The notes under the pieces were generated by a model. The model searched no databases. It worked only from the letters and a program-made list of their open reading frames with translations, and was not told the DNA's origin. From assembly GCA_048013815.1 (NCBI GenBank), contig CM106585.1, forward strand, positions 14,074,001 through 14,138,000: a DNA stretch of 64,000 nucleotides. Reading direction: 5' to 3'. Numbering within the stretch: the stretch's first letter is position 1; each line of letters opens with the position of its first letter. Position numbers and translations under genes: made by a program. Shown one piece after another: positions 29,682 through 41,785 of this stretch. This stretch comes from Setoptus koraiensis (lineage: Eukaryota > Animalia > Arthropoda).

Positions 29682-31275
29682 GCTGGTTGACGCACGAGCA
29701 TGCTTGCCTTGGTATCGGCCCGACAACCACCAGCCTCACCAGCCAGAACTCAGGCCATTTTTTCCCATTTATACTTCGTACCTGTATATTTACCTGTATG
29801 ACTGTGTACTTTATGCAAAAAATACTGCTGTGTCATATGCTGGCCAGTTCTGAACTGGCATCATGTTAATCTATAGGCAAAGTTTATTATAAACAAACAA
29901 AGTTGACATTCCGATCGAATGTGTGCACCCATTTGTTGCCAACATTGTTTCTTCGTCTTATTATTTTTATTTGCGAGACTCAACTAGCACCATTGTGTCC
30001 CCTGTCACACAATATTTGCAATCAATATTTCGACATAGGCAACTATGTCACTGACTGTATCATTCTGACACATTCTTGCACGCATTTGCATTATTAACGC
30101 GTTATTCGCGACAGCCAATTGTGATTGGTTGTTGGTAGCAGACGCTAGCAGCAAATTAAGATAAATTCCTCGGCTGTTGGCCCCAAACTCATGCTGATCA
30201 GTGACCAAAGAGTGACCAATGAGCGACCAATGAGTGCCAGCTCACGAAGCTTAACAAGCTTCAGTTGGCGATAAATGAGCCTGTTGCCACCTGTTGAAAG
30301 ACAGTTAACTCGGATGATTTGTCCGCGATAAAGATGCGTCGTGGTGTTTGCCACAGTTAATTGCGGTTGCGCAACGAAAGGGTCATAGCTAGTGAATCCA
30401 AAGTAGTGTGTCCCAAATAAATGTGCACTTTCTGTACCATCGCCATAGCCATCGCCATTCGCCTTCCGTGCCTTGGAGACAAAATCTTATCTAACGGAAC
30501 GGTTGTGTGCCGTTGCGTCGAGTTATCTGTCAATTGTGAAAGAGGAATTGTATGAATTATCGATATCATACAAACTGGAGAGAAAGATGGAAAGGAGAAG
30601 AATGGTATACTTTGTTGTTAGAGCTCACATTTATAGAGGCATTATTATGTCTTAGAAGCATGATTAGATGCATTGTGCTGGCCGACTGGTGCTTCTTTGT
30701 TTGCAAAACTGATAGAAACATAGATAGCGAGAGGCGGCAATGTTTGCTGACCAATTATAGGCTAGCTAATAAAGAGACAGACTCTTTTCAAGTGAGATGT
30801 ATGAGTCCAATTACATACAGACACATAGAAGAGTAAACATTGTATGTCGCCGTATGAAACCCAAATGATTTCTAAATCATACAACGTCATGGAAGCATAT
30901 AGCACTCTCTACTCTGCTATATTAGCTAGAAGTATTGCATCGCTTTAACAAACATGACAAAACACAGACAATATTATCGCGATAGGTGATAGATCGATTG
31001 ATGCATCCAGATCTAGGCTAGTTATCTAGATCGAGCGAGAGTCAACCTAAAAGGCCGCTCGTCTCAAATATCTGGTGACAAGGCTAAATAGGTCGACATA
31101 ACCGCACACAAGATAAGTTGACTACTGAGTAATCGTCTCGAAGCAATCGGCCAATGATTCAAAAGCCGAGCACAAATCCACACTTTCGGAGCACCAATCA
31201 ACAATTTCACTTTCTCCAAGTTTTTGAGCCTAACTCTACTATCTGGAAGCACAATTAGTCCCAATTGCCCACACC

Positions 31276-32435
31276 ATGCCCCCACAGGACCCCATCGTCA
31301 CATTGTCCTCTAGTGAATTCAAAGCATTTTCGTCCCCATCGGCGTTGAATACACAATATATTGTACTCAACGATGATAATCGCATACCCGTGATGGGTCT
31401 GGGTACATGGGGCGCCCAGGGACAAGAGGTCAAAAACGCTGTGAAGGCGGCCATTTATTATGGCTATCGTCACATTGATACAGCTACCAACTACAAGAAT
31501 GAAGAATTAGTTGGCGAGGCAATAGAGGAATGCATTCAAGAGAATGTCATCAAAAGAGAAGAGTTGTTTATAACAACAAAACTATGGAACAACAGTCATA
31601 GTGATTCGGCAGTGCCAAAAGCCATTAAGGCATCACTACGAGCGCTCAAATTAGATTATTTGGATTTGTACTTAATCCATTGGCCCACAGGTTACAAGGA
31701 GGGTACGGTATTGAGTCCCACAAACGATAAGGGTCAGATAATAGAGAGTGACATAGACTATATAGAAACTTGGAGGGCCATGGAGGAATGCCGTTATAAT
31801 GGCCTCACAAGATCTATAGGTGTCAGCAATTTCAATCATGAACAAATGGAGCGAATCATATCGAATTGTCACATAGTGCCAGCCATCAACCAGGTAACTA
31901 ATGACATCACACTACAAATAGATATTGTACCATCGGTTGTGATAACTCTCGACATAACTATCACATATAAATAACAGACTGTACTAACTCTATGCTAACG
32001 TTGCTCTTATATAACTTGCATCTAAATTTAAATATTCAGATTGAGTGCCATCCTTACTTGTCACAAAATAAGCTAATTCGCTATTGTCATAGTAAATCTG
32101 TACACGTCACGGCCTATAGTCCGCTAGGATCGCCAGGTAATCGCAATGCGACAAAAAACGAACCAATTCTGTTGGAGGATCCAATTGTGAAATCTATAGC
32201 CAAAGCTCATGGAAGATCGCCGGCACAAGTATTGTTGAGATATCAAATACAGCGACAAGTGACAGTTATCCCAAAAGCAGTGACTCTGAAGCATATCAAA
32301 TCTAATCTGGAGGCATTTGAGTTTGAGTTGACAAAAGAAGATATGGTCAAGTTAGACGGTCTAGATCGCAATTTACGTTTTTTGAAATTTGAACGATGTT
32401 ATACCCATCCTCATTACCCATTCAATGTTTGCTAA
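31276..32435 (+). CDS. Aldo-keto reductase family 1 (aldose reductase-like), 337 aa
   Basis: Exons 31276-31893 and 32040-32435 (NQ|IECHPY). GLGTW, catalytic tetrad IDTA/Y/TTKLW/LIHWP, RSIGVSNFN, AYSPLGSP, QVLLRYQIQR.VIPK. Confidence 0.95.
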
Positions 32436-32659
32436 TTGATGTTTATATGACAGTGGCACTTTATGAAACACATTCTAGGCAACCCTTGATAGCGTTCTAG
32501 TCACGAGCCTCACTGTTCTTTCTTTTTTCCATCCTACATCCAATAACATTTCACGATATCCATATTATTAGAGCGGGCATAATTTACTCGCAGTCATTTG
32601 AGGCTGTCATCGTGGTTGAGTTAGAATATTGCATCATACTGATCAATATGATGCAATAT

Positions 32660-32872
32660 TCAGCATGAAGTAGCATTTTTTGTGCAAGAGTCCGTCTTCT
32701 TCACAATAGCTAGACCGCACATTCTGTATTCAACATGATAACGGATATCGACCATGTTTGTGAGCTTTGATTCGATCGACTCTAAAGTGAAATCCTTTAT
32801 GATATAATTGCCATTAATGATGGAACAAATCAACAAATAAACCGATAAAACAAGAGACATTACATAAGACAT
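32660..32872 (-). CDS. Possible small secreted protein, 70 aa
   Basis: MSYVMSLVLSVYLLICSIING is signal-peptide-like, and the ORF is divergent from the DnaJ gene. No family recognised. Confidence 0.25.
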   Translation of the reverse strand: MSYVMSLVLSVYLLICSIINGNYIIKDFTLESIESKLTNMVDIRYHVEYRMCGLAIVKKTDSCTKNATSC

Positions 32873-33016
32873 GAGGCGTAGCGATAATGATGCACTCAAT
32901 TCGAAACTCGTGCTTTCTTTTTGTTAACAGCTGACATTCGTCATTGGATGCAGTAAACATTTTATTTTCCATGATACACGACTTGTTGGGTTTAAATCAT
33001 AGACAAACCAGCTGAC

Positions 33017-34063
33017 ATGAATACTAAGGCAAGAGAACTATTTATTATTAAATCAAGAGATTTATCTTGTTTCAATATATTATCGCTCGAATTCCTCCAT
33101 CCCAAGTGCTCAAACAAATACCCGTTCTCTGTGAGGTCTTGTTCACAAGAACACGGCAACCATGAGAGCTCGTCGCAACGATTTGGAGAGGATCCTAAAA
33201 ACCAACAAGCATCCTACAGGCACCAAGAGAACCACAGGCGAAGCTATGAAGAGAAGAAACGTAGATCGCACATGAACTCTGACAAAGATAATGGTAGTAA
33301 CGAAGTAAATACTATTCTAGGTTCCGCAACACATTATAGTAGATTGAGTGTAGATAAAAACGCTAGTTTAGAGAATATCAAATCAGCATACTATGGATTG
33401 TCTAAGATACACCATCCTGATATTGCTGGAAATTCAGAGGAGGCTGCAGAAAAATTTCGTCTTTTGACCGAATCCTATGATATATTGTCCGATCCAAGAG
33501 CCAGATCCGATTATGATGAATCATTAAAAGTGAGCCATCCGCATAGGGATATCATGCGGACTCCATCCGGACGATACAACGATGAATTTCATTTGCATGT
33601 AAGAAAGTCACACGAAGACTTGATCAATATTTTGAAAAATAGATCAGCTCTGGATCTAGAGAGGGAAAAAAATCCTAGAAAGTTCCAAGCTGGACACTTT
33701 GATAGAACCGATGGAAGAAGTAATAACGATGGAGATGATTTACGTGGTCAAGTCAGGAACCTTCGAGCTTCTAAGAGAATTCAGGAAGCTAGACATTACT
33801 ACAATGCGACCAATGATTCGCGACATGATTCTTTCTATTCTAGGCATTTTTGGGCTTATCAGGACAAGAGATTAACAGGCAATTATGGACGAGCAAATTT
33901 TGAGAGTACTCGAGACCCTGAAAGTGATGTCGGAGTGGGCATGATGATGAGCTTTGCCTTGTTGGCCTCAGCTATCGGTTTACTGTCACTTTTCTTGAGA
34001 GACGTTGGCAATTTTGTAGACAAAAAGATGAAGCTGAATTCACAGAAGACAACCGACACATGA
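33017..34063 (+). CDS. DnaJ (J-domain) protein with C-terminal TM helix, DNAJC30-like, 348 aa
   Basis: HYSRLSV...IKSAYYGLSKIHHPD...KFRLLTESYDILSDP..RSDYD J-domain; hydrophobic GMMMSFALLASAIGLLSLFL near the C-terminus. Confidence 0.85.
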   Translation: MNTKARELFIIKSRDLSCFNILSLEFLHPKCSNKYPFSVRSCSQEHGNHESSSQRFGEDPKNQQASYRHQENHRRSYEEKKRRSHMNSDKDNGSNEVNTILGSATHYSRLSVDKNASLENIKSAYYGLSKIHHPDIAGNSEEAAEKFRLLTESYDILSDPRARSDYDESLKVSHPHRDIMRTPSGRYNDEFHLHVRKSHEDLINILKNRSALDLEREKNPRKFQAGHFDRTDGRSNNDGDDLRGQVRNLRASKRIQEARHYYNATNDSRHDSFYSRHFWAYQDKRLTGNYGRANFESTRDPESDVGVGMMMSFALLASAIGLLSLFLRDVGNFVDKKMKLNSQKTTDT

Positions 34064-34212
34064 TTTGGAAACGTTTTCACCAAAGGATTCGTGAGGGCAC
34101 CATCATCTCAATCAAGGTTTGTTAATACTGAAGTTATGTGCTTATATTATTGATTGTTAATTGTTAGTTGACCTATGTTATTGCCGTTTTATTGATGTAA
34201 GATACAGTTTTT

Positions 34213-35507
34213 GCCTCACTATAAATCATAAATTACAATTCAGCTATTTATTAGTTGGTATATATGGTGTTGAAATAAAGCCGAGTGTTGTGAGATATCA
34301 CGACACGTATCTTCGAAAAACCATCGAGTTACAAGTATTTATGCATATAAAGAATAAATGGTGAAATTTCAGAGAATACTTCACCGAGGCTGTTCAGCAA
34401 ACTTGTATTCTATTGAATAATCTCGACCCCAACTAGAGTCAAACATTGCGCCACTTCTTTTCCCTACTATCCACGAAGAATCGTATGAAGTTTGCACGAT
34501 TAAGATGGGGGTAGAATTTGTGGTTACTGCGTTGATCTAACAGACACAACTGACTGTTTACTTTACAACAACAATAATGTTTACAACTAGCAGCATTATC
34601 TGATACATGTGATTCAGCAGAATTTCCAATCAAATTTATCCACTGAGGATATTCCTCATGAAATTCTCATCAATACCTAAGCTTTTTTTATTTTTTCAAC
34701 CACTCAAACAACATCTTCTATGTTTGTTGAATTATTGACCCAATCTAAGATTCATAATTGAAGCATTCCTCACTCAAGTATTTAGTCAAAATTGCCATCA
34801 GTCATGGAGATATACGCGTTTAATTACATTGGATTTGTTGTTATCTCTTACCTGATACTCCTTTATTATATAATTAGATTTGTTCTACGATACAAGCACG
34901 ATGTAGAATCGAATAAGCTAATCACCACAATTACCATAATTTGCTTGTCAGTGGTACTCTTTGGAGCTGCCCTCTTACCCGTAGACATATTTATGGCTTC
35001 GTACGTCAAAGAACCAGATGGTTCGTTCAAGTCTTGGGTTACCAATGAGACGCTGACTAATATAGACAATACAATATATGGGACATACTACAGTAAGTAG
35101 AGACACACTATCGATTAGAATCATCTCATGTTAATACGTTCCTTTAGAACTCGATTAGTAATAACCATTTTCTGCTTTCTGTTTCTATAATCTTATACCA
35201 TCTCTTGATGCTTAGAACTGTACGCGGTCATATTCGCCTTGATATTTTTGGTTCTACCATTCATACATTTCTATTATGATACGGACTCCGATTCGATGGT
35301 CCCTTCTAATCGATTTACTACAGCGTTCATATACACAATCTGTTTTGTTATTGTGGCTGGTATCCTTCTACTAATTGGTTCATTTCTACCATTTAGTCCG
35401 CATCCAACTGGAGATTCGATTTGGGACAAAATCCAGAGCATATTCGCTAGAAACAAATGGAAGGATGCTCTAAATCTTCTATTGACTATTCTCACCACCA
35501 TGGGCCT
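34213..35507 (+). repeat. Left arm of a ~1.3 kb near-identical inverted repeat
   Basis: Reverse complement of 38051-39345 with only scattered SNPs. Contains the LMBRD1 promoter, exon 1, intron 1 and part of exon 2. Confidence 0.92.
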
Positions 35508-36672
35508 AATCAATGTTGCTTGCTACACTGCTGCAGGAATATTTTCTTGGCCTATCGGTCTGATCCGTGGAACTGATAGCATAGCTAAATATGCAGACGA
35601 GCTGGGAGATCGTGAAATGATTCTCAGGATGCGTGTAAATCGACTGACAGAGAAATCCAGACTGTTATCACTCAATCCACGTGAAAGGAATCAATTGAGC
35701 CAGGCGGAAAACGAATTAAGAACACTGGCTCGCGAAGAAATAGCCGTTAACGAATATAGTAACAGTCTCACATACAAACTTCGTAAAATTGTCAGACCAA
35801 CACAAGTCACTATCGGCATTGTAGTTTTGCTTTTATCATGCTTAATTGTCACTACATTACTCATTAACAACATAGATCGAATGATGCATGGACAAGGTCC
35901 TAGAGGGGGTTATATACTGGATAAGCCACATTTCATCAATCCGATGGACTACTTGTTTGTCAAGATACAAAGTTTAGCCATAATCGGACCATTACCTATT
36001 CTTATGATAACTTTGTTCCTTATAGTGGCTACTATTTCCGGCATGCGGAATCTTGGTTTATGGTTACTTTGCTTTAAGGTAAGAAACTAACGGATATCTT
36101 GAATTAATAAATCAATAATCAAAGAGTCTCTTCAATACTAATGTATCCCTTCGATTCACTACCAACAGGTTCACAAGATAAAGGTCCACAAAACGTCACC
36201 CCATGGACTCATCTTCTTTTGTATATCAATGATTTTAACCGTTCTGGCTTACAATGTTTTATTGTATTCTTTGATTCCTCAATTTGTCACCTACGGAGAT
36301 CAAACATACGTTCACAATGAAACAGTAAATAATACTACCCAAACAACGATCAGGCCTTGCGCGTTGGACCAGAATATTGATGTTTGCATTATGACAAGGA
36401 CATCTGTTTTACTTATACGTTTCATGACTCAACTCTGGATATTTGGTGCAGCTTTCTATTGGTTATCTTGGGTCTTTGTAGCGGTGAGTTGAATAAGAAT
36501 AAGCAAAAAAAAAAACAAAAGAAAAGGTACAGATAGGAAATGATTTTTAATTGATATCTCTCCCTCTCTTTTACTTCAGGTCTCAGCTATGACACTGCTT
36601 GTCAAATTTTTCCAATCCAGACGGTCAGCAGTGCACGGTCTCGTATCACAAGAAGAAGAGTTTGAGGAGTAA
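34804..36672 (+). CDS. LMBRD1: Lysosomal cobalamin transporter LMBD1, 519 aa
   Basis: Exons 34804-35092, 35216-36078, 36169-36483, 36580-36672 (GT-AG, phases fit). LLPVDIFMASY, LPFIHFYY, YTAAGIFSWPIGLI, GYIL..P...NPMD, C-terminal WIFGAAFYW; multiple TM helices. Confidence 0.9.
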
Positions 36673-37038
36673 TTCCAGGAAGATTTCAACTTGTTTTAGT
36701 TTACTAAGCATTGTAGATTTAATTAGCATAGATGAATCCAAGTCAATATAGTCAGGATCTAATCATACAATGAATGTGCACGAAATCAGTCCAACTTGTA
36801 TATACTATGTATTCGAATAAAGACCCAATTAAATCAAAAAAGAAAGGGATCTGACCCAAACTGTCAAGTCGCACTGAGCCTATTAGATTGACTCTATCGA
36901 CAGTTCTAGTACGATCAGTAAAATAGGAAAGCCACACATATACATTTTCAGAGTAAATCATGGTTTTTAAGCCAGTTAATTAACAGTTTGCACCGTTTAT
37001 TTGTATACACAAGTTTAGTTATGGTACCTATAGCTGAA

Positions 37039-38754
37039 TCACGCTGAACGTTTTAGAAAACTTTGATGCCGCTCAACCAACTTGTCAACTATGATTGATT
37101 CAATTTCGAGGCCATCCTTCAAGTATACATCTTCTCGACTGTTTCGATCTATGAATAAAACGTGCATTGCTCTAGTTTTCAGTTCGTTGGCTATCACAAG
37201 TTTATGGCCATATCGATCAAGGGCTTTCCGAGACTTGCTCTCAAGAAGTAAATTGTCTGTTTCCAATTTAAACGATACTACGTATGCATCTGGTGCCCAA
37301 AATTTGACCAATGGTTTAAGGAATTTAGGAACTAATTGCAGAGTAAGCCTTAGTGGCTCATCTGAAGGAATTTTATGATGTTTTAGGTCATTTGAGGGTA
37401 TATAAAAATCTGATACGGCAGCAGCTAGATAGAGGATAGACTTTGGAGCTCTCCGATTGAGAACGATCGATAATTCATGTAAATAGTGCATATACTCAGA
37501 TAAATGTACGAATGGAACTTTCAGCAGCCTATTTTGCGTCTTAGAATATTCCAGTAGTGCTGACTGAATATTGGAATCAAGATCAAGACTTGATAGCCCA
37601 GTGTTATTGCTGTCATGACGGAGAGATGAGCACTTAGAGGCCATGTCATCAAACCAAGCATGGTGATCGAAATGACGATGGAAAGGCTCCAATGTTTTCT
37701 TTCTGTATAGAAATATAACTGCATACCCTTTTTTAAGGAAATATTCAGCACTTGCAGCCCCTCTAGTTCCAGCAGAGAAATTGTCAATGAATCGGACAGT
37801 GTTGACTTCAAGGGGTACACTAGTTCCGCCTGAAGTTACGAGAACAAACTTATGTTGCCTTCGTTCTTCATCCAACCTAGAGAAGAACGACTCGACTCTT
37901 TCTTTAACCGCATCAAGATCATCAGGAGCTAATGTTTTCAATTCGTTTTCCGCTTGGCTCAACTGATTGCCTTCACGGGAAGTGGACGAAGTCGGCTTCG
38001 ATTCCTCTCGTAATCGATTTACACCTATTCTCAGTAACATTTCATATATAAGGCCCATGGTAGCGAGAATAGTCAATAGAAGATTTAGAGCATCCTTCCA
38101 TTTGTTTCTGGCGAATATGCTCTGGATTTTGTCCCAAATCGAATCTCTAGTCGGATGCGGACTAAATGGTAGAAATGAACCAATTAGTAGAAGGATACCA
38201 GCCACAATAACAAAACAGATTGTGTATATGAACGCTGTAGTAAATCGATTAGAAGGGACCATCGAATCGGAGTCCGTATCATAATAGAAATGTATGAATG
38301 GTAGAACCAAAAATATCAAGGCGAATATGACCGCGTACAGTTCTAAGCATCAAGAGATGGTATAAGATTATAGAAACAGAAAGCAGAAAATGGTTATTAC
38401 TAATCGAGTTCTAAAGGAACGTATTAACATGAGATGATTCTAATCGATAGTGTGTCTCTACTTACTGTAGTATGTCCCATATATTGTATTGTCTATATTA
38501 GTCAGCGTCTCATTGGTAACCCAAGACTTGAACGAACCATCTGGTTCTTTGACGTACGAAGCCATAAATATGTCTACGGGTAAGAGGGCAGCTCCAAAGA
38601 GTACCACTGACAAGCAAATTATGGTAATTGTGGTGATTAGCTTATTCGATTCTACATCGTGCTTGTATCGTAGAACAAATCTAATTATATAATAAAGGAG
38701 TATCAGGTAAGAGATAACAACAAATCCAATGTAATTAAACGCGTATATCTCCAT
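37039..38754 (-). CDS. PPCS: Chimeric LMBRD1(N-terminal TM1-5 + coiled-coil linker)-phosphopantothenate-cysteine ligase, 530 aa
   Basis: Exons 38754-38466 and 38342-37039. Exon 2 is one open frame running from LMBRD1-derived sequence into the PPCS domain (FVLVTSGGTSVPLEVNTVRFIDNFSAGTRGAASAEYFL, LYLAAAVSDFYIP, HKIPS, VPKFLKPLV..WAPDAYVVSFKLETD, VIANEL). PPCS identity is high confidence; the full-length fusion transcript is inferred. Confidence 0.8.
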
Positions 38755-39345
38755 GACTGATGGCAATTTTGACTAAATACTTGAGTGAGGAATGCTTCAA
38801 TTATGAATCTTAGATTGGGTCAATAATTCAACAAACATAGAAGATGTTGTTTGAGTGGTTGAAAAAATAAAAAAAGCTTAGGTATTGATGAGAATTTCAT
38901 GAGGAATATCCTCAGTGGATAAATTTGATTGGAAATTCTGCTGAATCACATGTATCAGATAATGCTGCTAGTTGTAAACATTATTGTTGTTGTAAAGTAA
39001 ACAGTCAGTTGTGTCTGTTAGATCAACGCAGTAACCACAAATTCTACCCCCATCTTAATCGTGCAAACTTCATACGATTCTTCGTGGATAGTAGGAAAAA
39101 GAAGTGGCGCAATGTTTGACTCTAGTTGGGGTCGAGATTATTCAATAGAATACAAGTTTGCTGAACAGCCTCGGTGAAGTATTCTCTGAAATTTAACCAT
39201 TTATTCTTTATATGCATAAATACTTGTAACTCGATGGTTTTTCGAAGATACGTGTTGTGATATCTCGCAACACTCGGCTTTATTTCAACACCATATATAC
39301 CAACTAATAAATAGCTGAATTGTAATTTATGATTTATAGTGAGGC
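38051..39345 (-). repeat. Right arm of the ~1.3 kb inverted repeat
   Basis: Reverse complement of 34213-35507; the ORF track shows identical or near-identical translations on opposite strands. Confidence 0.92.
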
Positions 39346-40191
39346 CGAAGCTGTTCTCCAGATTGCTTGCTGTTGGACTAAAGCATCTCAGATCAGTTAG
39401 ACAGCAATAACATAGGTCAGCTAACAATTAACAGTCATCAAAATGAGCACATATCGTCCAGAATTGGCAAATCTTGACTGCGATCATGACATTTTCTGAG
39501 ACGGCATTCAGACGACATGCCGGGTTTTTCGTCTGTTGTCTTCCATTAATCGGCTCTACTTCCTTCTTTCACCGATATAAGACACTTTTCAGAAAGTTGA
39601 GAGATTAGGTTTCCGGCCTCATCACAATGATGAATCACACAATCTCGCTGGACAATGCACAGTGAGCTAATTCAATAGACTGCCGCATTGTCGGTGAGCA
39701 GCCCACAACATGTTTCTTCTTCTTTTTTCTTCGAAGATGACTGCAGCAAGCGGCGAACATCAGCTGTTCACAAAATGGAAGCACGAGTCTCCATTGAACG
39801 ATTGCACCTTGCTTTTCACTCTTTTTGCACTTCAATGATATTCGCACTCGTCACTTGACATTTGTGTTAATTTCATCTCTGACTCAATCAACTTTATATT
39901 TAACTGGATGATATTTACTCCGACATAAATCACGATCATCCCGATTCTACAAATATTTTAGCTTCAAAACAATCATAATATTATATGATTTATTTTTAAA
40001 ATAATAGGCATACAATATTACTTAATACAAAGGACGGCTGCGGATTCCCCTCACGCTCGGCTCCGATTCACTATTGTCTTATTGACACCACTAGTTATCA
40101 GATCAACCTATTAGTCCTCAGCACTACTGCAATCAACTCCTACTTAACAACTCTACTTTTGCACTCTGTCGCACCAACAACTACCAATAGA

Positions 40192-41441
40192 ATGGATATA
40201 TTCAGTGAACAAGTCATTTCAAATCGGGTTGACCTTTGGTGTCACTTCAAGAGACACCCATCATTCGGTAACTCATCTAAGAAGCCACACCGACGAGTAG
40301 CCAAATTCACTTCATCACCATACCATTATCATACATTCTTCTACATACTAATTTTTAGCTTCATTTTGTATCAACAGCAACAAATAGTTCGATCACAGTA
40401 TGCTCAAAACGCTCAGAATATCCATGATCTTATTCATAAGCGTGAGCACTCATTAGTCAAGCCTTATCAAGGTTCCGGTATGGTAAGTCCTAGGACCGTA
40501 TGAAAAAAACAAGAACGAAAAGATTTGATTATCATTATTATTTGTGTATTAACTTGCATCTTCACCTTGTGTTGACTTTTTACCCACTATCATTATAGAC
40601 AGTGCCTAATTGGGAATTTTTTGGCTCAACAGTTGTTACCAGCAACTATATCCGACTGACACAAGATATGCAAAGTCGTCAGGGCGGACTCTGGAACACC
40701 CAATACTATAAATCAAAATACTGGCAAGTAGAGGTTGCCTTCAGGGTATCTGGACACGGCACTGATTTATTTGGTGACGGATTTGCTCTATGGTATGTCC
40801 GCGATCCACCTCAAGCCGGACCCATATTTGGTAATAAAGACTACTTCGTTGGCCTTGCTGTTTTTCTTGACACATACGCCAACCAGAACGGAGCCCACTC
40901 TCACGGGCACCCGTATATATCAGCCATGGTCAACAATGGAACATTACATTACGATCACGATCTTGATGGCACTCATTCTCAATTAGCCGGATGTGAGTGC
41001 AAGTTTAGAGGTCTAGATCATGAAGCCAGAGTTCTAGTAAGATATCTCAACGACAAAATATATGTTAAAACCGATATCGATAACAGAGGAGAATGGCAAG
41101 ATTGCTTCGAAGTGAATGATGTCTATTTACCCACCAATTATTATTTTGGTATAACAGCAGCCACTGGTGATCTTAGTGATAATCATGATATACTTTCCGT
41201 CAAAATGTCAGAGCTGTCGCCTGCCTTGAATGAGATAAGACAAGTGAAGAATGATGACCTTCCCCGAGCCGAACATCAGGCACCTCATCGTGACAGGGTA
41301 GACGACATTCCAAGCGGCATGCCAGCGTTGAGGAAGTTTTTCATTATAGTCTGTGTCATTGTGGCAGCGTTGGCCGTTGCCGGCACTGGATACTTCGTTT
41401 ACACGAGCCGTCAACAAAATTCAAGGAAACGATTCTATTAA
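40192..41441 (+). CDS. LMAN2L: VIP36/VIPL L-type lectin (LMAN2/LMAN2L), 377 aa
   Basis: Exons 40192-40482 and 40599-41441. KREHSLVKPYQG, PNWEFFGST.VTSNYIRLT, GDGFALWY, DTYANQNG, HPYISAMVNNGTLHYDHD.DGT, TM helix and C-terminal RKRFY. Confidence 0.92.
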
Positions 41442-41785
41442 ATATAACCAATTATAGTTTTGTTTGTGTCAATCAGTCTTTTTATTTGAGTTTTGTAATC
41501 AACTCTGTAAGGTGATAAACATCAAGTGAACATCTTATATGCATTTTTGAAGCTGCACAGTACTGTAGGTGATTGACTACATTGACAGAATTCTGAGTCA
41601 CTCTTAACGGCAGAAAGATTAGTGTCATTTATTGTTGTTGTTGACTTTGTGTAACCATGCAATAGAGTTGATCAGGTGTCGATTCGAATTGTTTCTGAAT
41701 TTGAAGCCAACAAAACGGACAATCTTGACATGGCTACCAACAATAGTTGTTTGCTAAAAAATCGATTTATACATTATATATCTGA

